Below are positions 1-12,001 of a stretch of 64,000 nt of DNA, one piece after another; position 1 is the stretch's first letter, and each line of letters starts with the position of its first letter. A model generated the notes under the pieces. It had not been told where the DNA came from and did not search any database. It was given only the letters and a program-made list of their open reading frames with translations. A program made the position numbers and the translations under genes. Source of the stretch: Dicyema japonicum (lineage: Eukaryota > Animalia > Dicyemida); contig RDEW01000035.1 of the NCBI GenBank assembly GCA_011109175.1, positions 136,141 to 200,140 of the forward strand. The letters run 5' to 3'.

Positions 1-1800
1 AATCTCGCTTGGGACAACAAAAGGAAGTCTGTGCCTCGTAAATATCTACTTGCATCCTCTTGGCTCCTGCCCAAAGGACTATGTTATCGCAAGCCTATCA
101 AGATTGGCTATCTACGAGGAGATCATCATATGTGGAGAAGCACCCCTTATGGTTGTCAACCCAAAAGGCCGACACGAGAGGGAAGCTATTGTTATGGAAA
201 ACGGACTCCCTGACGATACTTAACCTTACGCCCCCAGCAAAAATACAAGGACCCCACTCAGAGAGACGGATCAGCCAACCTCTCCTGACGTAACACTCTG
301 CTCCACATCACTTTCATCGAAAATTACCTGGTCAGTCTTCTACGAAGCAAGAAGCGATCATCACCCGATTGTGATGAAGATCAAGAGACAAGTCAAAGAG
401 AGGAGAACACCCACTAGTTATAATTACAAAGCTGATAATTGGGAATTGCATCGCGCAATCTCGGATGATAGACTGAAAAATTGTTACTCGGACAGCTTCA
501 AATCGTTAGAAAAAGCGATCAAATATTTTACTTGCAAAATCCTAGAAGCAATATCATTGGCTATTCCCAAGCATCGCCTAAATTCGGTCGAGGAAGTCGG
601 CATTGGTAAAAGAAAGAAATCACCTCAAAAAATCTAATTGGTGTTATATTATTATTATTAGAAACGATACTCCGGATCAGAGCTCTAAACAACGAAATAA
701 GGTCAGAGACTTCAAGGCCCAGAAATTGAAGTGGAATCGGATTCTTACAAAGTAAATCGCAACCGTAGTACCGGAGAAGTGTGGAAAGCCATCCGAAATG
801 TTGCAAAGGACGAAGAAACTTCTCCGAGGATGACTATACTCAACGAGACGTTAACAATTTGATAAAATTCTACACAAAAATTTCGTACAAAGAACACATG
901 AAGTCGCAAGTGCTTCTCTCTTCACGCAAAAAACTGAAGAAGGATTCTAACCCAGTTTACTTCTCGGATGAAGACGTGAAGAATGAGCTGCGTTTTACAA
1001 GAACAACGTACTCTGCCGGTCCCGACAACATTCCAGTAGTGTTATTGAAGAACCTTGGAGATATGGGAGTCGGTTTTCTAACGTCGGTCTACACTATTCA
1101 ATTAATTGGAATATAATACCGTTGTTATGGAAGCAAGCCAACATCCGACCTATACTGAAACCTGGAAAACCTAAGGAAGATCCGGCATCATTTAGACCTG
1201 TGTCATTGTTATGTTCCGTATCGAAAATCCTGAAGAGGCTTGTGCTTGGGAGAATCAAGGTTTTCTTACCAGAAAAGGATTTTCAACACGGATTCAAGAG
1301 CGATTGTTCTACATTAACGTACCTACAGAAATTAACAAACTTCATTAGAGATGGATTTTCGAACAAACCAAGGCATTTGAAAACAGTCTTATGTTCCATT
1401 AATATTAACAAGGCCTTTGATTCTATTTCGAGAAAAATATTATCAAAGAAAATTTTCCAGTCGGAGATCCCGGGGAAGCTTAAACTTTGGATAACAAATT
1501 TCTTAAGTGGACGGAGGGGACGTGTATGCCTCGGATGACTGAAATCAGTCTCGCGTCTTCTCCCAAACGGTGTCCCCCAAGGATCTTCTTTATCCCCCGT
1601 CTTATTCAATTTATACCTGGTCGACCTACCGACACCGGAATCCAATAACGATGTTCTACTCTCATATGCGGACGACATTGTTTTGGCCTCGCGTGATCGG
1701 GATATCCAAAATGCTACAGAAAGATTACAAATTAACCTGGACCGACTCAACGCCTGGTAATGGTTTTACCGTGGTCTTAGGTGTTAAATAAATAAATAAC
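1..1800 (+). mobile_element. Degenerate I/Ingi-jockey-like non-LTR retrotransposon (APE C-terminus + RT), internally deleted before its 3' tail
   Basis: APE remnants KHPLW..DTRGK and SDHHPI; RT motifs AGPDNI, PILKPGK..SFRPVSL, QHGF, KAFDSI, GVPQGSSLSP, SYADD; jumps at ~1760 to the tail CCGTGGTCTTAGGTGT(TAAA)n; several stops and frameshifts. Confidence 0.85.
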
Positions 1801-1844
1801 AAAAATAATTATAAATTTTTAGAATATGCACTATTACAGGATAA

Positions 1845-2012
1845 TTTATGCCATTCAGGATGGCGAGCGAGATTCGCTCAAATATCCAGCAGCGATCACG
1901 AGGGTCTCCTGTTCGTTTAGCGATCCGATTCCCTAGACGACTCAAGAATTCCAGCGTCGCGTCTTAACGGCGAGTAGAACAAACAAAAAAATCCTTGGGT
2001 AGTTCCGCGTAC
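1845..2012 (-). mobile_element. 3' remnant of a CRE-clade (RLE) retroelement
   Basis: Minus strand reads FLSRLGNRIAKRTGDPRDRCWIFERISLAI; similar to 21855-22020 and 29470-29640. Confidence 0.7.
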
Positions 2013-3122
2013 GGATCGCTACACGAACAGGAAAAAACAATCGTCTGCTCGATCGATTTACAAAAGGCCTTCGACTCTGTCTCAAGGAAAATCCTAACCC
2101 GGAAATTGTTTGTTCTCCCCGTCAACCCCAATATAAAACTTTGGCTTGCTAACTTCATAAATGGAAGAAGGGCCCGGGTATACATGGATGGGACCAAATC
2201 AAATTCAAGATTACTACTCAATGGGGTCCCACAAGGTTCTCCTTTATCACCAACCTTATTTAACTTATACATGTCCGATTTACCACAACCCGTTAATAAA
2301 GACGATTTCATCCTATCATATGCTAATGACTTATTATCGGATCCCGCGATCAAGATATCCCAAAGGCATCAGAAAGACTACATGAATACATTCTCAAGAT
2401 TCAATTTTGGCTAAATTATAACCGGCTTGATATATCTACTGAAAAATCTTCTTCGTCTTTATTTACATCAGACAAACGACTTGGACAAATGACAGTGGAT
2501 ATATTTATCAACCAGACAAAAAATACCTTTCACGAAAAAAACTGAAAATCTTGGGGATCATTTTCGACACATATATGTCTTTTTCATTTAACATCGACGC
2601 TGTCTCTGGAAGCTGCTCAAGAAAGCTAGGGATAATCAAAACTATTTTCGGTGGCATTAAAACCCCTTTCCCAGCTTTGAAATTGTTGTACAAACAATTT
2701 ATTGAGCCATCTGTCAGCTATGCCTGTACGTCATGGGGAATCAATCTGTCCTGGACGAACAAACAAAGAATCCTGGACATTCAGGCCTTAACAGCCACTA
2801 CTATTAGTATTCTCGGGAAACTAGAAAAACTAATACCCTCATCACTTGAAGACCTTATCCGACAAAATGGAAAAGGGATTTGCTACCCTTTGCAGGCAGT
2901 GCAACTCTCAACAATACACAGTCACGACGTGTCTCATGAGAAGGGTATACATCACCCCTCTCTAATTCCTATTCCTGAAACCACCCCGCCCACAGAGAAG
3001 TTGTGTTGGATCCCAGAAGGCGCACAAGGAGAAAATGAGAATTCTGATTGAGGCCTTCGAGATCACTTAATTAATTTAGTAATTAAATTAACTATTGGTG
3101 TTCTTGGGTTAATAATAATAAT
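2013..3122 (+). mobile_element. 5'-truncated I/jockey-like LINE (RT to 3' tail)
   Basis: DLQKAFDSV, GVPQGSPLSPTLF, SYAND, LKILGIIFD; C-terminus ...AFEIT* then GTTCTTGGGT(TAA)n tail. Confidence 0.8.
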
Positions 3123-3609
3123 TAGAAGAATAGTTGAAAGGCACCTGCTGGAAGCGTATTCCCTGTGTCTCTAAATAGCATTAAAAGAATTAACATTTGT
3201 GATTAACCGGTCAAGATCGAGTCATGACTACATCAAAACCATGATGTTAAAGAATGACCGGAAATCCTATTCAAAATTCTTAGGGACGTGTTCAATGCAA
3301 CTCTAAAGATTAGACAGATTGTAAAGAAGACAAACTACCGTCCGATCAACTTAATTTGCTTTACTTCTAAAATAATTGAACAGGTTGTTTTCTTTGCCAA
3401 ACCCAGAGACTCCAAATGTTTTTTGAATGTCATATGTTTAACTGATAGTGTAAAGCTTTTGATAGTGTAAGCCACGAAGCTTTCCGGAGACTCCCTTGTT
3501 GATTTCTGCAGCACAATGGGCCTATATCTTTTTAATATGAGTTTTGAACACCCATCTAAACACAGGAAGACTTGGGTGGAGTACCGATACGAGATTAATG
3601 GGTAGCCTA

Positions 3610-5170
3610 TAACAATATTCAACCTGATTGACTACATCCTCTGCACAAAACCACTAAAGAGATTACTACTGGATTCGAGAAGTTACGGAGACACATTACA
3701 TGACAGTGACCATAAACTGGATAAATATAAACGTTATTTTGAAATAATGGACGGAAAACAGAAGGTTGCAGCTACGGGTCGCCGACTGGCTACGAAGGCT
3801 CTAACTGAGAACATCACAAAAAGAGAGTGTTGCCATGACCCAGTCCTGAAGCACTTGTGTGAAGTTGACACTACCAAAACCAACACTTGCACTTGCTACG
3901 TTTTTGAAAGGGCTTAAATCAACAGCGCAGGAATTTGTTAGATATCGAGGAAAGAGCCGGAAGAGACACTTGCTATATGACCATACAATCAGACAGTTCA
4001 AATTCATTTGAAACTGGGACTGCCGAATAGTCAAAAAGGGGACATTTTAAGAAGAATATGGAATAAAATTCTACACCAAATAGAAAAACAAGAAAAGGAG
4101 TTAATGAATCAATACTTGGATGACAAAGCATACAAACTCAGTAGCACACAATATGGGATTCGAATGTTTGCTGCAGTCAAACTACTAACGAGAGGGTCAC
4201 CTAGGTCATGTGTCAAAGTGTTTGACAAGTTGGGCCGCCTTATACAAGAAGACAAAGCAAATCATATTGGTTGCTATTTCAAGAAACTATTCCAAGTTGG
4301 CAATTCAAGGTTCAGTCAATTCATTGGAACACCGAAACCACTTGCGACCAGTATTACAAAAGAAGTGATCAGTGCATTTAATCGGCTGAGAAATAACTGT
4401 TCGACTAGCTACGACGGCGTTCTTGGTGAGCTGTTAAAATATGTTTCAGAATGCGTTGGAATAACTACCTCGAAAATTTTAAACAAATGCTTTGAACGGC
4501 ACAGCCTCCTCCCCATAAGACACGGAGTACTTCACAAATCTGGAAAAAAAAGAACGATTGTTAGAAAATCTGTTACCTATTATCTTATTTACTACTGTTA
4601 GAAAAACAGTATCTATCATCGTCCTAAATCGTATACAAAACACAGTAGAATACATGTCACACAGTCAGAGTGGCTTCAGGCGCGGGCGGTCAATTTCCGA
4701 TGTTGTATAGAGTCATCGTTGGTATGCAGCTGCATGTCAAAAATATGCGAAGATCAAACACGTCCTGAGAATTAATCTGAGCAAGGCATTCGAAACATCA
4801 ACAGAGAAAAACTGATGAACACACTAGCCAACATATTGATTGAGGACTAACTGAGGCTAGCGAGATTCCTTCTTGCTGAAAAAAGCTAACTGTAATAGTT
4901 GGCATGAAGCACTCTGAAAAGTTCTTTACGCACATTGATACTCCGCAATGAATTCTTTGTCCTCCGTTTTGTTTGGAGTATATTTGGAGGTGCGTTTAGA
5001 GATCTGAGAAAGAATATGGGCCCAGTTATTACCAAATCACGCGGATGATGTAGAGTTTGTATTCATCATTAAGGAATTGCTTGATTCCTCGCTACGTACA
5101 GCAGAGATATCACTCGCGAAATAGAATCTTATGATAAATCTCAACAAAACATGCTATATACAAATTGGAC
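3610..5170 (+). mobile_element. Degenerate RTE-clade LINE
   Basis: APE end (LIDYILC..SRSY..SDHKL), QSGFRRGRS, LSKAF, ADDV; homologous to the RTE at 12002-13873. Confidence 0.7.
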
Positions 5171-5189
5171 GTACACCGTAAGAAATGCT

Positions 5190-6010
5190 AATGAGGACCT
5201 TCACAGTCTCTGCCATCTTTCCATACAGGAACACCTAATCGACATAACGATAAACCTCCATCCCTGGCCCCTCTTATTGACTGGGCAGTAAAATATGACA
5301 CCAGAAGTGACCACAATCCACTATTTTTGGAGATCAAAACGAGGTCACGGATAAAATGACAGTCCGACGATAATTAATTACAGCCTTGCGAACTGGAGAG
5401 GATTCAAGGAGCACATCAATACTTGCAATAAACTCTTGAATTTCTTCACTCCTCCCTCCGTTGAACAATTAGTGAAATGGTTCAACTCCACCATAAACGC
5501 TGCGAAAAGGAAGTATAATCCAATATTCAGGCAACTTACGTCATCAAAACGTTTTAACACAACGACGAAACGTTTGATCAGAAAACGAAATAATCTAAAG
5601 ATGGTGAAATCGCTAACTGAAGAGAACATCAGAAAAATATGAGAACTGAACAGAGAGATCGAAAGAACATAAAGGCAGAAAATGCAAATAGATGGACGTG
5701 ACTATCAAAGGCTCTCTGCAGTAAGCCCCAATGCAGAGAGTCTGAAGTTGATCAAGAACATCAAAAGATCTTTCCCAGAGAGAAAATACGCAGTCTACAT
5801 CAAACCTGACAGCCTGATAAAATAGTATAAAAAGTTTTCAAAAGAACACCAAGTATTCCTGTAAAAGATTGAGCCGAAACGCTCTGAAGATTAACTTTAC
5901 TATCCAGGATGTCCGCAGAGCCATATTTAAAGAAACTAACTCAGAGGCCAACATAACCACATGTGAACTGAAGCACCTAGATCATTGAGCCCTGGAACTA
6001 TTAGCTTATA
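5190..6010 (+). mobile_element. I/jockey-like LINE family B, left part (split by the Tigger insertion)
   Basis: Colinear with 54570-55455; ends GAACTATTAGCTTATA at the Tigger TA site. Confidence 0.85.
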
Positions 6011-6185
6011 CAGTAAACTCTTTTAAATTTGCCAATTCTCAGATTTGCCATTTTTTAAAGAAATATTCTAATTTTAGTGGAAATTTGCCATAATTTTTTT
6101 TAAAATTAAAAAAAATTACTGAAATTTAAAACAATAAAACTTTATTCGCGTAGCATGCCTGTTGTGTTTCTAGTGGTCGATATAC

Positions 6186-7625
6186 ATGACTCACTAACGA
6201 ACAAAAAGTGGAAATATTGCGTTATAAAGACGACAACAGCTTATTATCATTCCAAAAAATTGCCGACAAATTTTCCTTTTTGTTTAAAGTGAACATTTAA
6301 CGCATCTTAAAGAGTCGTGAGTCGATTTTGGAACAATTCAAAACTAAAAATTCCTTAACAAAAACAGTCAAAAAGTTAGTTCCCGCAACTTGATGAAAAA
6401 CTTGTTGAGTGGATGGATTCGATGGAATCAAAAGGTATTCTTAATGGTTTTAAATTTTAAGGTACATTGTTGAACGATGCATTAATATCCAGTAAAACAG
6501 AATTCTTCGTTAAGCAGAATTCCACTATTTCAAAAACTCTTATATATTTTATCCAAATTTAAGGTGAGAAAATTACATGGGCAAATGTGCACTGAGAAAA
6601 GTGTCGATATTGAAGGGTTTCTCAAAGAATTTCAAGAAGTTTCAAAATCATATACCTGCAAGCAGATTTATAACCTGGATGAATCTGGGATCTCTACAGG
6701 CTTATTTTATCCAGAAGTATCTGCAAGACGACGCTCTGAGGATACAAGAACTTCAAAGATAAAGTAGCTGTGATGTTATGCACAAATATGTCTGGAAATC
6801 ATAAATTAAAACCTTTATTGATTGGAAAATCAAAAATGCCAAAGTGTTTCAAAAAATATGATTAACTGTGTTCTGTTTCGTATTACAGTTCCAAAAGAGC
6901 GTGGATGACCGCATTAATTGTTATTAACTAGATGATAAAATTCGATAACCTTTTAAAGCAGAGAAGTCAATTTTGCTTCTTATAGATAATTGTCCTTCTC
7001 ATTGCTTGCCATCGAATTTGGAAAATATTAAAATACAGGAATAATTCAGTCAATGGATTTGGGAACTATTAAAACATTCAAAGTGCACTATAATAGACAC
7101 AAATTGGAGTTTCTTACTGGATTATTGAAAAAAAAAACATGTCAGTTTATGAATCATATAAAAATTTGAATCTAAATACATTGTTCTATTTACAAAATGG
7201 CCTAGGATGATGTATAACTAAAACAATCAAAAATTGTTTTAAAATTCTAAAAAAAGTCGGGTATTAGTACACCATAGTAAATGTGAACATAAGAAATATT
7301 ATCTAGTACGGATGTTCACGATCCGATTGAAATCGAAGAATTTATATCTATAAATTCTTCTGAAAAAGATGCAATATATGAAGAAGAAATAACATCATTA
7401 ATTTATGATGATGAGATTCTCATCCACGAAGAAACTACTGTAATGACCCTCCTAAACAAGAATGAAATGACATCCAATTTAAGCGAAATTGAAAAGGATC
7501 TTTTTGAGAAAGTTGAAAACGAACAGGTTTCATTTTTGTTAAATGCAAATACTAGAGATATCAAAAAGAAGCAAATGGAAATTGAACTTTTTTCGATAAA
7601 ATTTAATAATCCACTTTTTAAATAA
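6186..7625 (+). pseudogene. Tigger/pogo (CENP-B-like HTH + DDE_1) transposase, degraded, with a 27-nt intron at 6435-6461
   Basis: W.D.MESK|GTLLND, KLHG, IYNLDESG, MLCTNMSG.HKLKPLLIGKS, KRAWMT, IDNCPSH, QSMDLG. Confidence 0.85.
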
Positions 7626-7744
7626 TTTTTATCGTGATAAAACCAAATTTTTATCGATGAGAAGTTACCCAATAACTATCCAGGATGTCCGCAGAGCCTA
7701 CATCAAAACCATGATGTTAAAGAATGACAGGAAATAATTCAAAA

Positions 7745-10697
7745 AACGTGGTGTGTGGTGGTGTGGTGTAATTGAGAAAAAGAAGAAGTAACCAGAAGCG
7801 ATATGCACAAGATCGACAAAAGAGAAGAGCTTGTGAATTTTGCAATAAAATTAACAAAAGAAAGCGGCTGATATGTTGTGTCGTTTGTTCGTCGTTTTTT
7901 CACATGTCATGTGTTGGAATGACCAAAAAAGCCCTTACCACCATTACCAACTGGTGTTGCCAGGCATGCCTCCTCCCTGGGACGAAAGCACCATCGACTC
8001 CACCTAATTCACCTGAACGAATACCAATAGATTACCAGAAAACCCTTGAATCAATTGCAAACCTGGCATCTACACGAAGGATCATGATCAAAATTCCAAA
8101 AGCAGCCCGTGTCCTGCCGCCGACTGTTTACACGATTGTATTGAAAGGGCAATTTCTTCGACTGACCCAGTTGATTGGACACGATTATTCTACTTTGCAC
8201 CATACACGCTATGTATGCCCTGTCAGAAGAGGAAAGATCAGGAATCGCTCACGTCTATTGTAAAGGAAAATATTTGCTTGTTTTCTTCTGGAAATTTGTT
8301 CAGTGACTCCCGAGAATATACCTTCAAGCCCTCAAACCACGAGAACCATGCCTCAGAAACACAAAGATTGAGAAGAGCGATACATCGCAAACTATCTGAA
8401 GGTGGAGTCCGGGCCGCCGTGAGGACTCTAGAAGAGCATAACCGTCTAATTGAGCCAACTGAACACTCCTACGATGCACTGGTTGAACGACATCCTGGTC
8501 CGCCAGTGGACGAGCAGATCCCTACTTGCTCTGGAGAATTACCTAGTCTGATTATTTCTGAGGGGGACGTGAAAGATGCGATCCTCTCATTCGCCCCGAG
8601 CAGCAGTGGCGGACTCGACGGACTCCGTCCAGGACACCTAAAAGACTTAATTGATCAGAATACGGGGAACTCTGGTGTTCGGCTATTATCGGCTATAACG
8701 AGGTTAATCAACAGAATGCTTTCCGGAAGATTACCAGAAGCAATCCGTCATATTATGTTTTCCGCCAAGTTAATTGCCTTTGATAAATGTGGAGGAGGAA
8801 TTCGTCCTATTGCTGTTGGGTTTGTTTTTCGTCGACTGGCTTCTAAACTTGCTAGCAGAGCAATCCTTCCGATGCTTGTCAAACAACTGCGACCAACCCA
8901 AGTAGGGGTCGGTACTCCTGGTGGATGTGAGGCGGCGGTTCATGCCGTTCGGATGTTTACTGGAAACAGAACGAACATGCCTTGTGTGGTCCTCAAGATT
9001 GACATAAAAAACGCCTTTAATACCATACGGCGCGATGTAATTTTGGAAGATTGTCTTACCCATTACCCGTCTATATATAATTATGTTCATTGTTCGTATG
9101 GAAAACCGTCCAGTCTTGTACATGGGAAATACTTCATTCCCTCGTCATGTGGGGTTCAACAAGGAGACCCACTAGGACCGGCATTGTTCTGCCTCGGTGT
9201 CGACCGTGTCATGAGATGCCTTACTACTCCGCTGAACGTGTGGTATTTGGATGATTGCACCCTGGGAGGTCATCCTAACAATGTATATGACTGTCTACAG
9301 AGATTACAAACACAATTGGATACGCTTGGTTTAAAGCTAAACGCAGCCAAATGCGAAATTGTTAATTATGGATTCTCCCGATATGAATGGAATCGGATCC
9401 TATTAATGTTTCGGGGGATTATTCCTAAAATATCGGAAATCAGCCGGATCATTTGGAAATACTTGGATGCCCTCTGGCTGAAACTGGAATTAACGACACT
9501 CTGTTGGCTAAAGAACAGCAACTAAGAAAAACTTTTTTACGCCTTGGGATGCTGGATGCACATACCTCTCTTTTTCTCATGAAAAACGCTTTATCCACGC
9601 AGAAATTAAATTACGTCCTTCGAGGGGCTCCATGTTACCTGAAAATGCAACAACTCGGGGCGATTGACTCCCTATTCCGGTCTACGACCGAACGTATTAC
9701 TAATGTCGAATTCGACGAACAAGGATGGGAACAAGCAACCTTGCCCGTTCGCTTTGGTGGACTCGGAATTCTCTCACCATCTGATTTGGCACACCCGGCA
9801 TATCAATCCTCATTGGACTCCAATCAGAATTTGATCATGATGATTCTCCAGCTCCCATCAGAGTCGTCAAAGATCGAAGATTTGGTACACCCTAAAGTCA
9901 AACAACTCGGGCAGAGAGACCTTTATGAGTCTGTTTGCGAGGATAAATACGAGAGGCTTTTGAAAATATCTAACCAACACCGACGAGCCTGTCTTTTAAC
10001 TGCAAGATGCGAGTGGAGCGGGGCTTGGATCAATGCCCTACCCATTGGAAACGTGGGAACTCACCTAGACGATGAAACGGTCCGCACCGGAGTCTCCATC
10101 AGACTTGGATTGAAAGTTTGTCAACCCCATGAGTGCCGATGCGGCCGGAAGGTCGACTGCTATGGACATCATGCCCTTTCTTGTCGAAAAAGCGCAGGTC
10201 GATTCGCTAGACACAAGGCTATAAATGAAGTGGTGAAGCGCGCCCTCGAGTTGGCGGGATACCCATCCATTCTAGAGCCAACGGGCTTGAGTAGGGATGA
10301 TGGGAAGCGACCCGATGGAATTACTGTCTTCCCCTTCTCTCGGGGCAAATGCTTAATTTGGGATGCTGCCTGTACTGACAGCTTTTCCCAGTCGAAACTT
10401 TTGAGGTCGGCAATGAAAGCGGGAGAGGCCGCCCGTTTATATGAAAACTCAAATAAAGAAATACAGCAGCCTCATAAACCGTTTCATATACAGCCAGTGG
10501 TCGTCGAGACGAGCGGAGTCTTTGGCCCCAAGACGGTCTCTTTCCTTAGAGCACTTGGGTGTCTATTGACCAAAGCCTCGAGGGAGCGTCGGGAAACCGA
10601 GTGGCTTTTCCAAAGGATATCCCTGGCAGTAGTCAGAGGTAACAGCCACTCGATCATATCCGCTGGACCCAATAACTATTATAAAATTATTAATTAA
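7745..10697 (+). mobile_element. Near-intact CRE-clade non-LTR retrotransposon: PHD finger + RT + Zn knuckle + restriction-like endonuclease; two frameshifts (~8115, ~9450)
   Basis: C4HC3 finger CEFC..CVVC..HMSC..WCCQAC; IPKAAR; GGIRPIAVG, DIKNAFN, GVQQGDPLGP, WYLDD; CRCG..HALSC; RHKAIN, RPDG, WDAAC, VVVETSG. Confidence 0.9.
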
Positions 10698-10776
10698 ATT
10701 CTGAAATTTGCCAATTCCCGAATTTGCCGCAAAAAATGCTGGAACCAAAAATGGCAAATTTGGAGAGTTTACTGTA

Positions 10777-11900
10777 TCTTCAACCTATCCATCAACAGGA
10801 ATAAAATCCATGTAATATGGAAGAAGTCTCTAATCAAACCTATTAGAAAACCTAACAAGCCAATAAATGAACCATCTTCCTATCGAAAACCTAACAAACC
10901 GATAAATGAATCATCAATATCTCTATTTTGAGTCCGGTCTCAATAATCTTTGAAAGACTTGTTCTAGAAAAAGTACAGGATTCAATCTCAATTCTTTCGA
11001 CCCTGCACGGATTCCGAGGGTAACCATTCGACCACAACACATCTCACAACTCTCACACAATTCATTGTGGAAGGATTTTACTCCTCCAAACTTCAAAGAA
11101 CAGTACTTATATCCCTGGACATCACAAAGTATTCGACTCAGTCGCCAAGAAACCTATTACAAAAAAGATATTTGAAACGAACATCAACCCGAAGTTGAAT
11201 CTTTGACTTACCATTGTAAGCCCATCAAAAACAGTCATAACTAACTAATCAAAGGAAGGAACCAAAAGGAGAACATCTGCTTGTGCCGACCAAATCCATC
11301 TTCCAATACTTCATTACATGTTTCCGCTTCCGAAAAGAGGTGGAGAAGTAGGTTCGCCTCTTCCATTTTTTGTGATACCTTCCAAATGGAGTCCTTCAAG
11401 ACTCCCCACTGTCATCCCAACTCTTCAACCTCTACATAAACAACATGTCACAAACCTTTAATGAGAACTGTCTAATCCTCTCCTACATCAACGATATCAT
11501 CCTTGCTTCCAAGGACAGAAGCATTCAATCAGCGACTCTGTCCGCTCAAAAATGTTTGATAAGCTGGAACTATGGCTTTCGAAACGGAGGGTCGACATAT
11601 TAGCAACAATGTCCTCAGTTACGCTATTTACCACTTACAAAAGAGAGCTCAGTGTCGAAACGAAAAATCCTTATAAAGAACGAGGCTATTCCTATTAACA
11701 AAACACCGAAGATTCTAGGAGTCACCTATGATCAGGAAGTCTCTTTTATCCGACACGTTGAGAACAAAGTGTTCTCTGAAGAAAATGAGAATTTTAAAAG
11801 TGTTCTTGAAAACATACTGGGAGTCTTGCCACACTTTATGAACAATTTATACGACCCACGATGACGTATGCAAGTCCATTGTTTGCGATTCAGATTTCAC
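10777..11900 (+). mobile_element. I/jockey-like LINE family B, right part (RT), with an unrelated ~170-bp insert near 11210-11380
   Basis: Colinear with 55457-56410; WKKSLIKP, HGFRG, DITK, GVLQDSP, KILGVTYD. Confidence 0.8.
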
Positions 11901-12001
11901 GCTTTTAAATTTTGGGAATGAAGAGTAGGTAGAAAGTCAAGACTCACGAACGAGGTGAATCAGCTCGGCGTGTTTTGGTTTAATTCCATTAATGTTGAGT
12001 T

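Larger units (their letters stand above)
6011..10774 (+). mobile_element. Tigger/pogo DNA transposon carrying a nested CRE element
   Basis: TIRs CAGTAAACTCT(T/C)..AAATTTGCCA at 6011 and inverted ending at 10774; TA TSD at 6009-6010 and 10775-10776; the host LINE resumes exactly after the TA. Confidence 0.92.

Noticed and set aside
1283-1750. Long antisense ORFs over RT regions (also 12321-12764, 17618-17956, 30289-30558)
   Set aside because: Shadow frames of RT coding sequence with no independent coding signal
11977-11999. GGTTTAATTCCATTAATGTTGAG resembles the nematode SL1 spliced leader
   Set aside because: It is the antisense of APE codons (LNINGIKP) and overlaps the RTE TSD; no SL-RNA structure follows
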